DNA of 52,257 nt, taken from an uncultured Bdellovibrionales bacterium. GTDB taxonomy: Bacteria > Patescibacteriota > Minisyncoccia > Moranbacterales > GWC2-37-73. A program made the translations under genes and the position numbers. How positions within the stretch are numbered: position 1 is the stretch's first letter; every line of letters begins with the position of its first letter. Positions 16,291 to 26,500 of this stretch are shown piece by piece. The notes beneath the pieces are model-generated. The model ran no database searches, had not been told where the DNA came from, and saw only the letters and a program-made list of their open reading frames with translations. Location of the stretch: contig CAYVME010000003.1 in NCBI GenBank assembly GCA_964452415.1, positions 178-52,434 of the forward strand. Reading direction: 5' to 3'.

Positions 16291-18168
16291 CTATTCATAG
16301 CGAAGAGCATTCAAAGCAGAAATCTTCTGTGCGCGCCGTGCTGGATAAAAACCAGTCATGAAGCCAACAGCCAGGGATATTGTCACGATTCCAAAAGCCA
16401 ACTTCCAAGGAACACTGGTCAAATTCAAAACATCAAAGCCAACTGAAACTGAATAGATTGAAATTATTCCACTAAAAGCCTTTCCCAGCGCAACGCCCAG
16501 CGCAACGCCCAAGACACCTCCCAAGAAGCTCATAATGATTGATTCGGTCAAGAAAAGATTTCTCACTTCTCCACTTCTCATTCCCATGGCTTTAAGCAAT
16601 CCAACTTCTCGAGTTCTTTCGAGCAGTGAAACTGTCAGAGTGTTGAACATTCCAAGTGATGCAATAAAAAGAGCAACCATTCCAACCAAACCAAGAATCA
16701 TTCTGGCTGTTGCAAAGAAACTATTGATCTGGTCGACAGTGTCAGAAACTGAAGTTGTGGCATAGCCACTTGTTTCGATTTGCTTTCTGATAAGTGGCAA
16801 GACTTCCTGAGATTCCCCAACCACTTTCAGTTGAGAATAATTCACAACCCCAAGACCCCTAAGATCAACAAAAGGAACATAGAAAATTGGCATTTTCCCC
16901 TCAGCAACCACACCAACTATTTTATATTGCATTTTCTGAGATTCTTTTTTCTCGACACCATCACCCAAAAGATTTCCAACCACAACAAAAGAAACATCGA
17001 ATTCTTTTCCAATTGCCGAATCCCCTGAGATTCCCAACACTTGGAGCATGGATTGATTAACTACTGCTTCTTTTGCTGAAACTGCAATTGTTTCATTTGA
17101 ACCATTTACTTGTTCGATATTCAAATTTGCATCACCATCATTATCATGATCTTCTTTAATATTAACACCTATAATAGCAATGCTGCCATTGGCCGACAAT
17201 TGGGAATTTCCCCCACCTTTTCTTGGTGAATATTCAGACTTTGAACAATCTTCTTTTGAACAATCCAACTTCTCCCAAAGAAGGAACTCTGAAACTATCC
17301 AATCTCTTTGGACACTGCCATCTTCATCGATATATTCCCCGCCGATAACCTCCTTGCCGGGTTTTAATTCATCAATGGCTTTAGTATAACCTATTATCTT
17401 GGAATTTCTGTCGCTATTTTCACGAACCTTGACCCATTGATCTGGTTTTATTGAAAACGAAATGTCCTGATCAAAACCTTCACTTTCTTCAGGCTGAACA
17501 ACTTCCGGCATCATCGCATTCGTGAGTTCATTATTCTCAAAAAACTCTCCTTGCGAAACTCTGATGTCTGAATTTTTGAGATAATCACTTGTAACGCCAT
17601 AGACCACCATGTCCGAAACGGAACTGTTATATCCAACCTTTCCCACCACTGAGATAAGCGGCAAAACATTTTTAACACCAGTGATTTCAGAAAGCGTCGT
17701 CATGGTTTGATCGTTTATTTTCATCTTGCTTCCCGCGTGAAGTGAAACTTCAGCCTGTTTCATTTGATCCAATTTAGCAACCCTAGAAACAACCAGGTCC
17801 TGAAGACCATACCCAACTGAAACCAAAAAAACAATAATGGCTATACCGATTGTCATTCCACCAATTGTCACAAAAGTTCGAGTTTTCCTCATTCGCATGT
17901 TTTTCAGTGAAAACTCAATCAAGTCGACCTGATCAATTCCGTCTTTTCTGCCGGCATTAATTTTTCTGGAAAAATTCTTCGCTTTTGAAATGATTTTTTT
18001 CTCAATTTCAAGCACAGTTTTTTTGAAAAAATGCAAACTCACCAACAACCAGCAAATCATCCTAACAACCAAGATGAAAATCAAGAAAAAAGCGAGCGTG
18101 ACAACCTGCCAGATGCCACGAGGAATTGAACTCAGAATTGAAAATATTTTTGTTATTTGGGCTTTCAT
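16291..18168 (-). CDS. ABC transporter permease, MacB/FtsX family
   Basis: RTFVTIGGMTIGIA first TM, large extracytoplasmic domain, NTLTVSLLERTREVGLLKAMG, YPARRAQKISALNALRYE. Confidence 0.92.
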   Translation of the reverse strand: MKAQITKIFSILSSIPRGIWQVVTLAFFLIFILVVRMICWLLVSLHFFKKTVLEIEKKIISKAKNFSRKINAGRKDGIDQVDLIEFSLKNMRMRKTRTFVTIGGMTIGIAIIVFLVSVGYGLQDLVVSRVAKLDQMKQAEVSLHAGSKMKINDQTMTTLSEITGVKNVLPLISVVGKVGYNSSVSDMVVYGVTSDYLKNSDIRVSQGEFFENNELTNAMMPEVVQPEESEGFDQDISFSIKPDQWVKVRENSDRNSKIIGYTKAIDELKPGKEVIGGEYIDEDGSVQRDWIVSEFLLWEKLDCSKEDCSKSEYSPRKGGGNSQLSANGSIAIIGVNIKEDHDNDGDANLNIEQVNGSNETIAVSAKEAVVNQSMLQVLGISGDSAIGKEFDVSFVVVGNLLGDGVEKKESQKMQYKIVGVVAEGKMPIFYVPFVDLRGLGVVNYSQLKVVGESQEVLPLIRKQIETSGYATTSVSDTVDQINSFFATARMILGLVGMVALFIASLGMFNTLTVSLLERTREVGLLKAMGMRSGEVRNLFLTESIIMSFLGGVLGVALGVALGKAFSGIISIYSVSVGFDVLNLTSVPWKLAFGIVTISLAVGFMTGFYPARRAQKISALNALRYE

Positions 18169-18170
18169 AT

Positions 18171-19025
18171 TTACTTTTTATTTTTATTTTTACCAGTAGG
18201 ACCTTCCGACAAATCACACTCTTCCAAAGAATCGTCCTTTTTGAATTTTTTCAAATCCTTTTTATAGGAAATGCTTTCCAAGATTTCACCTTTATTAGTT
18301 TCGTCATACATAGCAACAATTCCACCATCTCTCATTCTTAATATGTTTTTTGCATATTCAAGATATTCCAAATCGTGCGTTACCATCACAATGGTTTTTC
18401 CCATAAAACGAAGATCTCCCAACAGGTGTAGAAGTTCCCTTCCTGAATCATAATCGAGATTTCCCGTCGGCTCATCTGCAACAATAACCTCCGGATTCGT
18501 TACCAGCGCTCTGGCCACTGCAACTTTTTGCTGTTGACCACTCGAAAGCTCAGCTGGATTATACTGCGCCCAATCCTCCATTCCGACTTTTTTCAACATC
18601 TTCAATGCATATTGAGTTGATTCAAGTTCATCATTTCCAAGTAAAATTAGGGGGAGAGAAACATTTTCCAAAACAGAAAGCGACCTCACCCAGTTTGATT
18701 GCTGATACACCATTCCAATATGTTTCCTTCTAAATTCTGTTTTTCTATCCTCGCTATCATCTCGATAAATGTTCTCACCCAAAAAGACAACTTTCCCTGA
18801 AGTTGGTTCTTCCAACCCAAGAATAGAATAAAGCAAGGTTGATTTTCCACATCCTGAAGGACCAAAGATGATAAAAAAATCCTCCTGGCAAATATCAAAA
18901 GAGATACCTTTAAGAACCTCAACATTTTGGTCTCCAACAATGAAAGATTTGTGAAGATTCCTAATCTCGATAATCGCAGGCGCGCAATATCCAACCTTTT
19001 CACTTTTATTTGGACAACTAGCCAT
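18171..19025 (-). CDS. ABC transporter ATP-binding protein, LolD/MacB type
   Basis: GPSGCGKST, LSSGQQQ, VIVADEPTGNLD, VTHD. Confidence 0.95.
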   Translation of the reverse strand: MASCPNKSEKVGYCAPAIIEIRNLHKSFIVGDQNVEVLKGISFDICQEDFFIIFGPSGCGKSTLLYSILGLEEPTSGKVVFLGENIYRDDSEDRKTEFRRKHIGMVYQQSNWVRSLSVLENVSLPLILLGNDELESTQYALKMLKKVGMEDWAQYNPAELSSGQQQKVAVARALVTNPEVIVADEPTGNLDYDSGRELLHLLGDLRFMGKTIVMVTHDLEYLEYAKNILRMRDGGIVAMYDETNKGEILESISYKKDLKKFKKDDSLEECDLSEGPTGKNKNKK

Positions 19026-19105
19026 ATGAACTTATTTTTTATTTTTATTTCTGTAACTTTTTTATTATAGCACACTTTCACCAATTCAAATAACGCGCCT
19101 AAATA

Positions 19106-22100
19106 TTAATTCTGCAACCCCTTCAAGAACCCAAACGTCTCAACCAGATTTCCAACCACCAATTCAAAAGCGCTGTCCACTGCTTTGGGCGTGATGCTAA
19201 CGGTATCATGCGAAGTTGCAAGATTGCCCATTTGATCCTTGGAGATGATTCTGAGATGGTACACTTTTGAAGGTGTGAGTCCTGAGATGATTACCAGGTG
19301 GTTGTTGGTGAGGTTTGAATCTTCTTGAGTTTTTTGAGTGTATGAAGTTCCCACTCCTTCACCGAATTCCACTTGTGAGGTTGAGGCTTCGTCTGTATTC
19401 CAAGCAACTGCAAATTGAGAAAGTTTGTCTGCTTGATTTTTGGTACTGGCTCCTTCAACCACGATTTCGGAGATTTGAGGAGGTCGGGTGTCTGAAGCTG
19501 TGGTGAAGGAATAGGTGTCAGAGGTGGCTTCGTTTCCAACTCTGTCAATTCCTTTGACGGTGAGTTGATAGGTTGTCATGGGCCTGAGGTTCATGATGGT
19601 TTCTTCGTGAGAGCCTGAGACCAGATCAACTTGAACTTCAACTCTGTTATCAGTTGGATTGTTGATTGGAGCATAGGAGATGATAGATGAGATTTCAGTG
19701 TTGGTATTCCAGGTGACTCTGATTCCAGGTTGGGCTGAATCTTTGATTGCTTCAATTTCCACATTTGAGATTCTTGGTTTTGGGAGGGTTGTGAAGTCAA
19801 TTGTCGTTCCTTCGTATTCAGAATCTTCAGCATCAAAAGTGTTGATTCTATAATAATATTTTGTATTGTCAATAAGGCCCGTTAATCTGAAATCATATTC
19901 TCCCTCAGTGTCACCAATTGACAATTCCTTGGAGCCACCAAAACTTGGACTTGTGCCATAATATATCTTGGCTTTCTCTCCTCCCTTGGCTGTAAATTTG
20001 ATTGTTGCGCTTGAAATGCTAATGTCTTTAGCTACTACATCCTTGATTATTGGTGCTGGCTCAGTCTTGAAAGTTTTGTCCTCCGAAATTCCTATGTTTC
20101 CATCTTCATCCGTCCATTTAGCTTTGTAGTGATATGTTTTTCCTGGCAAGAGATGATTCAAACTTATTTCGTGAGACACAACTTGTTCGAAATTTGATGG
20201 CTCCTCTTCAAAAAAATCATCACCTTCTTTCCCATAAGCAATCTTGGAATCAGAATCTCTTTTTGTGGTCCACACTATGGTTGCCTTGCTTGTGGAGATA
20301 TTTTTAACTTCCGGTCCAGTTACCAATTCTGCCGGCTCAATGAATTTTCCTGTTGGCAGCATTGAAACCGTTGTGGAAACTGCGCCGCAATTATTGGCGC
20401 TATCACAAGCTCTGGCACAGTAATAATATTCTTTCTGGGCGAGTTCAGTATCTATAAAAGATGTGCTTGATGAAGAACCGCTTTCTTCAAAGTTTTGAAT
20501 ATTTTCACTGCAAGTGCCTCCACTTTCGCTGCGAAAAATTTTATAGAAGCTTATGCCGGCTCCAATATTTTCAGGACTTGACCAGGAAAGTATTGTTTTC
20601 CAATCACTATTAGCCTTACTGGAGATGTCAGCCACATCAAAACCCATTGGAATTCCCGGCGCTGATCCAGAATAGGAAAATTTCACACTCGCATAATCAT
20701 CATAATTAATATTCTGACCAGACTCAGTTTTATATCTCGCCGCAACAAAGAAAGTATTTTCCCCCGGCTGAGTTGCGAAAGCATCTTGGGGCAAAGTGCA
20801 GATTCCATTTGCGCCATTCTCATCAAACACACAGACATCCCTGGAGGTGTAGGCGCAAGACTGTGCTGAAGGGAGAGCATTCACAGTATAGCAATAATCC
20901 AGTTTTGAACCATTCTCCCCAATCGCTTTCCCTGGATATGTCTCCGGAATTTTCCATGAGAAAGAATAAGAATTAACAGTTGAAATTTCAGTTGAAACTG
21001 TAAGTTCTCTTGGCGCAGATGGTGCCGTTGTGTTTACCTTTATCACAGCCTTTATACTACTATTTTCATTGCAATTTCCAACTATGTCACACACCTTCAA
21101 GAAAACATAATTCAAACCCTGTCTCATTCCAGCAAAATCAGAGAGGACATTTCCATCCTCATCCAACATAGGATTCCCCTGATCATCCAAAAATTGTTTT
21201 TGCAAGACATATGAAGTTGCGTCTGCTGGAATAAGCTCGTCTGTATTCTCATCTCCGGTATGCTTAAGCCCATACCAGGTCCCTCCGTCGCCGTTTTCAT
21301 CTTCGGTTATTTTATAGAAATATCCAGCAATCCCCGAACCGACAACTCCATTTCTCAAATCATTAGCACCTTCATCAGTGCCCTGCATTGGCCAACTTAT
21401 TGAAACCGTCTCATCAAAAGAAGTTACAAAACCAGAAGGCGCAAGCACATATTTCATCATGTTTGGACTTTCCTCGTCCACGGAAAATAAAAATGAAACG
21501 GCTTCAGATGAAACATTTCCGGCGTTGTCAATCGCTTTTATGTTTACATAATTAGGTCCAAGATAAAAACCGTCATTAAATCCGTATCTATCCCAAGAAT
21601 CCACAAAATTAAAGGAGGTTCCACCCTCTCCTGAATCCTTAACAATCATATGACAACCCAACCAACCAGTATCGGTAGAAATATCAATCAATCCATCCAG
21701 AAATGGACCAAACCAACCAGTAAAATATGCCCAACCATAAGAGCCATCTCCAGGATCAGAAACCGAATCTCGAAGAAGCCCACCTGTCACAGCAGGATCA
21801 CTTGCTTCTCCGGATGCATATGGAACATTACTAACATTCAAACAATACCCAGTAACTCCCGATTCGCTGTCAGACCCGTTTTGCCAACTTATTGTATAAT
21901 TTCCACCCCATCCCCTGTCGTTGCCAAAGCCATTGTTGGATATAATTTTTCCATTATTATTTTGAGTTAGCAATATCTCAGAAACATTATTTTCCGGAGG
22001 GGTAACATCCTTCATATACTCCATGCTTATATTTTTAAGCTCAGGATTTTTATTTCCATCAGTGATGTCATCGGTCGAAAAAATTGCTTTTATCTGAGCA

Positions 22101-23482
22101 AACTTCTTTGGTTCAATTCCAAGAACTTCCAAATCCGCCTCAAAAGAAGCTCCACTTCCCGAAGCTATTCCCAGGCTTGAATATTCTGCATATGAAAGCT
22201 CCTCTTTTAAGATAGCGGTTTTTATCTCAAATTCAATTGCAGTCCCGGGAGGAGTGGAGACTTCTGCAAAAAAAGAATTTCCAACCACCCATTCCTCATT
22301 CCATGACAAATTAAGCTGATCAGACTCCCAACTTGCCGGCTGTGCTAATTTATCGACTATTGGAATCTCATACAATCCGTTACCGTCTGAATTAATAAAA
22401 AATATACTCTTATCTCCATACACCAATTGACTAGGCGTCCCGACTGAGAAATCAAGACTCACAAGCTCGCTCCAAACATTCGAGCTCATGTCATATTTCC
22501 AAAAATTACTATCTTGATTTGTATAGAAAGAATTACTGATATCATCATAAGCTAAGGATCCACCCACATTATTGCCTATATCAAAAGGAGTATTCTCAAG
22601 AGTGGTCCATGAGTCACCAGCAACATTATATTTCCAGAATTTATTAACAAAATATCCCATATTTCCAACGACTTCCATCCCGGGCAAGATAAATATATTT
22701 CCACTATTGTCATGCACCATAGCTCCATCATAAGAAGGAAATGGTGTGGAAGATATTGTTGACCATATGTTATTTGCTATATCATATCGCCAAAAAGCAT
22801 CTCCGATATACCAAGTAGAGTTAATTATATAATTTCCCTGAATTGCATAAATATAATTCCCCCCATCATACACCATACTACCATATGCACTAGCTGTTGG
22901 AGTACTGGTCATACTGGACCAGGTATTTTCAAGAATATCATATCGCCAAAAACCATTATGCACTCCGTAGCAAGGTGCATCATTAAAATCAACACAAAAT
23001 CCCTGCGTTGCATATATATAATTATCTCCATCATAAACCATCGATCCTCCTAATGACTTAGCTGGGAGATTAGCCATTTCTGCCCAGCTCTTATTGGATG
23101 TATCATATTTCCAAATTCCTGATTCACTGCTAGACGCAATGACAAAAATATTTCCATTTTTGTCATAAATTGGGTCAGTGAGTGGGATCCATATATTCCC
23201 CGTAGGAGTATCAGAAAGACTTATTGCTGTATTCTTTAGATTAGATAAATCAACTCTAGCTCCTAAACCTTCCTCCGTAACAACTGTATTAATAAGATCT
23301 GTACCTTCCCTGGAAAAATCCTCCGCGGTTCTTATTTCATACACGCTAGCTTCAAAGGCAAAAACATTTCTTATTTTTTCTGAAAAAATAAGAACACACA
23401 GACCGCTAAAAGCAACAACCAGAGTTAAAATTATGGTTGTTTTTTTGGAAATTATTCTCTTTTTGATAATATTCGCTGTCAT
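19106..23482 (-). CDS. Large surface protein (~1460 aa): N-terminal TM/signal, Kelch-like propeller, Ig/FN3 stalk
   Basis: MVYDGxNYIYAxQG..FWRYDIxxNxW repeats and FN3 modules; ATG 23482 preferred because TGTTATAAT lies between it and the TTG at 23524. Confidence 0.85.
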   Translation of the reverse strand: MTANIIKKRIISKKTTIILTLVVAFSGLCVLIFSEKIRNVFAFEASVYEIRTAEDFSREGTDLINTVVTEEGLGARVDLSNLKNTAISLSDTPTGNIWIPLTDPIYDKNGNIFVIASSSESGIWKYDTSNKSWAEMANLPAKSLGGSMVYDGDNYIYATQGFCVDFNDAPCYGVHNGFWRYDILENTWSSMTSTPTASAYGSMVYDGGNYIYAIQGNYIINSTWYIGDAFWRYDIANNIWSTISSTPFPSYDGAMVHDNSGNIFILPGMEVVGNMGYFVNKFWKYNVAGDSWTTLENTPFDIGNNVGGSLAYDDISNSFYTNQDSNFWKYDMSSNVWSELVSLDFSVGTPSQLVYGDKSIFFINSDGNGLYEIPIVDKLAQPASWESDQLNLSWNEEWVVGNSFFAEVSTPPGTAIEFEIKTAILKEELSYAEYSSLGIASGSGASFEADLEVLGIEPKKFAQIKAIFSTDDITDGNKNPELKNISMEYMKDVTPPENNVSEILLTQNNNGKIISNNGFGNDRGWGGNYTISWQNGSDSESGVTGYCLNVSNVPYASGEASDPAVTGGLLRDSVSDPGDGSYGWAYFTGWFGPFLDGLIDISTDTGWLGCHMIVKDSGEGGTSFNFVDSWDRYGFNDGFYLGPNYVNIKAIDNAGNVSSEAVSFLFSVDEESPNMMKYVLAPSGFVTSFDETVSISWPMQGTDEGANDLRNGVVGSGIAGYFYKITEDENGDGGTWYGLKHTGDENTDELIPADATSYVLQKQFLDDQGNPMLDEDGNVLSDFAGMRQGLNYVFLKVCDIVGNCNENSSIKAVIKVNTTAPSAPRELTVSTEISTVNSYSFSWKIPETYPGKAIGENGSKLDYCYTVNALPSAQSCAYTSRDVCVFDENGANGICTLPQDAFATQPGENTFFVAARYKTESGQNINYDDYASVKFSYSGSAPGIPMGFDVADISSKANSDWKTILSWSSPENIGAGISFYKIFRSESGGTCSENIQNFEESGSSSSTSFIDTELAQKEYYYCARACDSANNCGAVSTTVSMLPTGKFIEPAELVTGPEVKNISTSKATIVWTTKRDSDSKIAYGKEGDDFFEEEPSNFEQVVSHEISLNHLLPGKTYHYKAKWTDEDGNIGISEDKTFKTEPAPIIKDVVAKDISISSATIKFTAKGGEKAKIYYGTSPSFGGSKELSIGDTEGEYDFRLTGLIDNTKYYYRINTFDAEDSEYEGTTIDFTTLPKPRISNVEIEAIKDSAQPGIRVTWNTNTEISSIISYAPINNPTDNRVEVQVDLVSGSHEETIMNLRPMTTYQLTVKGIDRVGNEATSDTYSFTTASDTRPPQISEIVVEGASTKNQADKLSQFAVAWNTDEASTSQVEFGEGVGTSYTQKTQEDSNLTNNHLVIISGLTPSKVYHLRIISKDQMGNLATSHDTVSITPKAVDSAFELVVGNLVETFGFLKGLQN
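19125..19864. repeat. Direct repeat A: 3' constant region shared with 28711-29450
   Basis: ~740 bp collinear match; about 13 aa differences in ~247 residues by manual count. Confidence 0.9.
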
Positions 23483-23526
23483 TATTTTTTTACTTTCATT
23501 TTTTCCATTATAACATGCTTTCAATT

Positions 23527-26500
23527 TTAATTCCCAAAAAATCCAAACGCCTGTTGCAGATTCGCAACAACCAAAGCAAAGGCACTGTCAATTTCCTTTG
23601 GCGTAATTGAGATTGAATCAAATGAATTGCCAACATTGCCAGCCTTATCTTTCGATATGGCCCGGAGATGATAAACTCTTGACGGAGTCAAGCCTGAAAT
23701 TGCCACCATGTGATTATAAGTCAAATTTGAATCTTCCTGAGTTTTTTGCGGATAGTTTGCCTCTGTTCCCTCACCAAATTCAACCTGTGAAGTTGCCAGC
23801 TCATCAGTCGTCCAAGAAACCAATAATTGGGAAATATTTTGCTCATTTTCACTGCCATTATTAATTGCTGTATTTGATCCTTCCACTGTCAAATCACTGA
23901 TTTGCGGGGGTCTAGCATCTTCCGATGTATTGAAAACATAAGAATCAGAAATCACTTCATTACCGCTTCTGTCGGTGCCACTCACGATCCAAACATATTG
24001 CGTATCCTCCTTGAGATCACCAACAATCATTTCGTGGGAACCAGCAATGAAATCCACAGAAACTTCTTTTCGAATTTCTTCAATATTTCCCTCTGGATAA
24101 AAAGAAACCACAGACAAAACCTCAACGTTGGAATTCCAAAACACGGAAACTGTAGGGACAGCCGCATTCATAACTTGCTGAACCTTAACATCAAAAACCT
24201 TTGGACGAGGGATGGTGGTAAAATCCACAGTTGTCCCCTCATATTCCCTGCCTTCACTGTCAAAAGTGTTTATCTTGTAATAATATTTAGTATCGTCTTC
24301 AAGATCTTCCAATTGCACGTCATAAGTTCCTTCCTCTTCATTAGTAACGACCTCTTTTGATGATCCAAAGGCTGTTGTTTTGCCATAATAAATCAGGGCC
24401 TTGTTGGCATTTTCAGCTGTAAAGTGAATCAAAGAATTTGAAATTCCAACTTGAAGAGCCTTCACATCTTTCACCGAAGGAGTTGGTTTTGTCTGAAAAG
24501 ATTTCTGTTTTGCAACTCCGATATTTCCATCCTCATCCATCCATTTTGCCTCAAAATAATATTTTGTTCCAGGAGACAAATCATTCAAGACTATATTGTG
24601 GTCACTAACTTGATCCGGTTTCGAAGGCTCTTCAACGAGATATTCTCTCGACTTTGTACCGAAAGCAACTCTTGAATCCGATTCGCGATCTGTTGTCCAA
24701 TCAATGGTTGCTTTACTTGTCGAAATTTCACTTATATCAGGGCCACTCGTCAAAATTGCCGGCTCAGTGAATTTTCCAGTTGGAAATTCAGTAACCAAAC
24801 TTGAATATGCCCCACAATTATTGGCACTATCACAAGCCCTGACACAATAGTAATAATCTTTTTGCTCCAAGTCAGGATCAATATATGCCAGACCTTCAGT
24901 AAAACCAATCTCCTCAAATGAATCGCAAGAACTTCGATTCTCTCCACGGAAAATCTCATATTTGCTTACCCCAGCCCCGATCTCACTTGGCTGATTCCAA
25001 AAAATAGCCAGCTTCCAATCTTGGGCATCCTTAATGGAAACATCTGAAATATCAACACCTTCGACTATTCCAGGAGCGGATCCTGAATAATTGAAACTGA
25101 TCGAATTATAATCATTATAATCTATTATATCAACAGAATCGCTAATATATCGAGTAGCGACATAAAAAGTATTTTCCCCTGGTCTGGTTGCAAAAGCATC
25201 CGCATCAAGAGAACAAAGTCCCTCCGCACAATCACTCTTTTCAGTAAATGTGCAGGTTTGAGCAGATGGAAGCGTGTTCACAGTATAACAATATGAAAGC
25301 TCATCACCATTTGGATCATAGTTTTTTCCAGGAAAATCCTCTGGTAAACTCCACGAAAAAGAATACGCATTAGAAGTTGAGTCCGCGGGTGATACTGAGA
25401 GATTTCTCGGTCTGCCCGTGGATCCAGCTGCAATCCTCACCATGGCAGTGCTTTGACTATTATCATCGCAATTACCAGCATTATCACAAACTTTTATACG
25501 AATATAGTTTGTTCCCTCATTAAGATTTGCGAAATCAGACAAAACAATTTGCTGACCAAATTTTGCATATGAAGCATTGTCGAAAGTTGCAGCATTAGAA
25601 CTAAACCAAGCCAATGGATCCTCAAAAAAAGTTATATTACCCAAAACAATTTCCCCATCAGCATTTCCAACACTATCAACTAAGTTACCATCAAATTTCC
25701 AGTAATGCACCAAATTAGATGATCTCTGAATAACACTTTGATAAGTATCACCTTCCATATAACCTTCGACATCATATTGAGTAAAAATTTCTTCAGAAGT
25801 TAAATTCCTATTATACATCGCAATCTCATCAATAGATCCATCCCAATAACGACCAGTGTCATATTCTCCTCTCCCAACAATAAAATTTGGTATTACATTT
25901 GGCCAGCTGTAAACATCTCGAGAAAAAATTTCTTCACCGTTTAAATATCCTATTGCCAGATTTTCATCTTGATCCCAAGTGAAAGCAAGATGATGCCACG
26001 TATCAACCGACAAATCACCATCAGGGAAAAAATCAAAGCAATCACCATAGCCAGTGACATCACTCACGCAAGCATAAAAGGATCCTCCGTCCTGCTTAAA
26101 ATGAAGCTCGTTATACATATCACCATTATCCCTAGTTGAAAGAACATCATGACTGCCACTGGTTGTGTTCGTTTTCATCCAAAATTCCATCGAACCCTGG
26201 ATTGGGAATTCTCCTAAATTTCCATCCCTACCCATCATGGGATTGCCATTTTCATCCAAAAAAGCATTCTGCATCGTATAAGAAGTCTCACTTGCTGGAA
26301 AAAAATCATCTGGTGCATTTGTATGATTTGGACCATACCAAGTTACGCCATTTCTATTATCTATCCGGGTGACTATGCCATATTGATATCCAGCAACTCC
26401 GGAAATTTCAGAATACCACCAAGACACACAGCTCTCATTCTCATCATATTCCTTGCACGCGCAACCATCATCATCATAATTTCCATCATCCGACAATCCA

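Noticed and set aside
16485-16510. 12-bp tandem repeat in the permease gene
   Set aside because: Encodes GVAL-GVAL in a TM helix; in frame and trivial.
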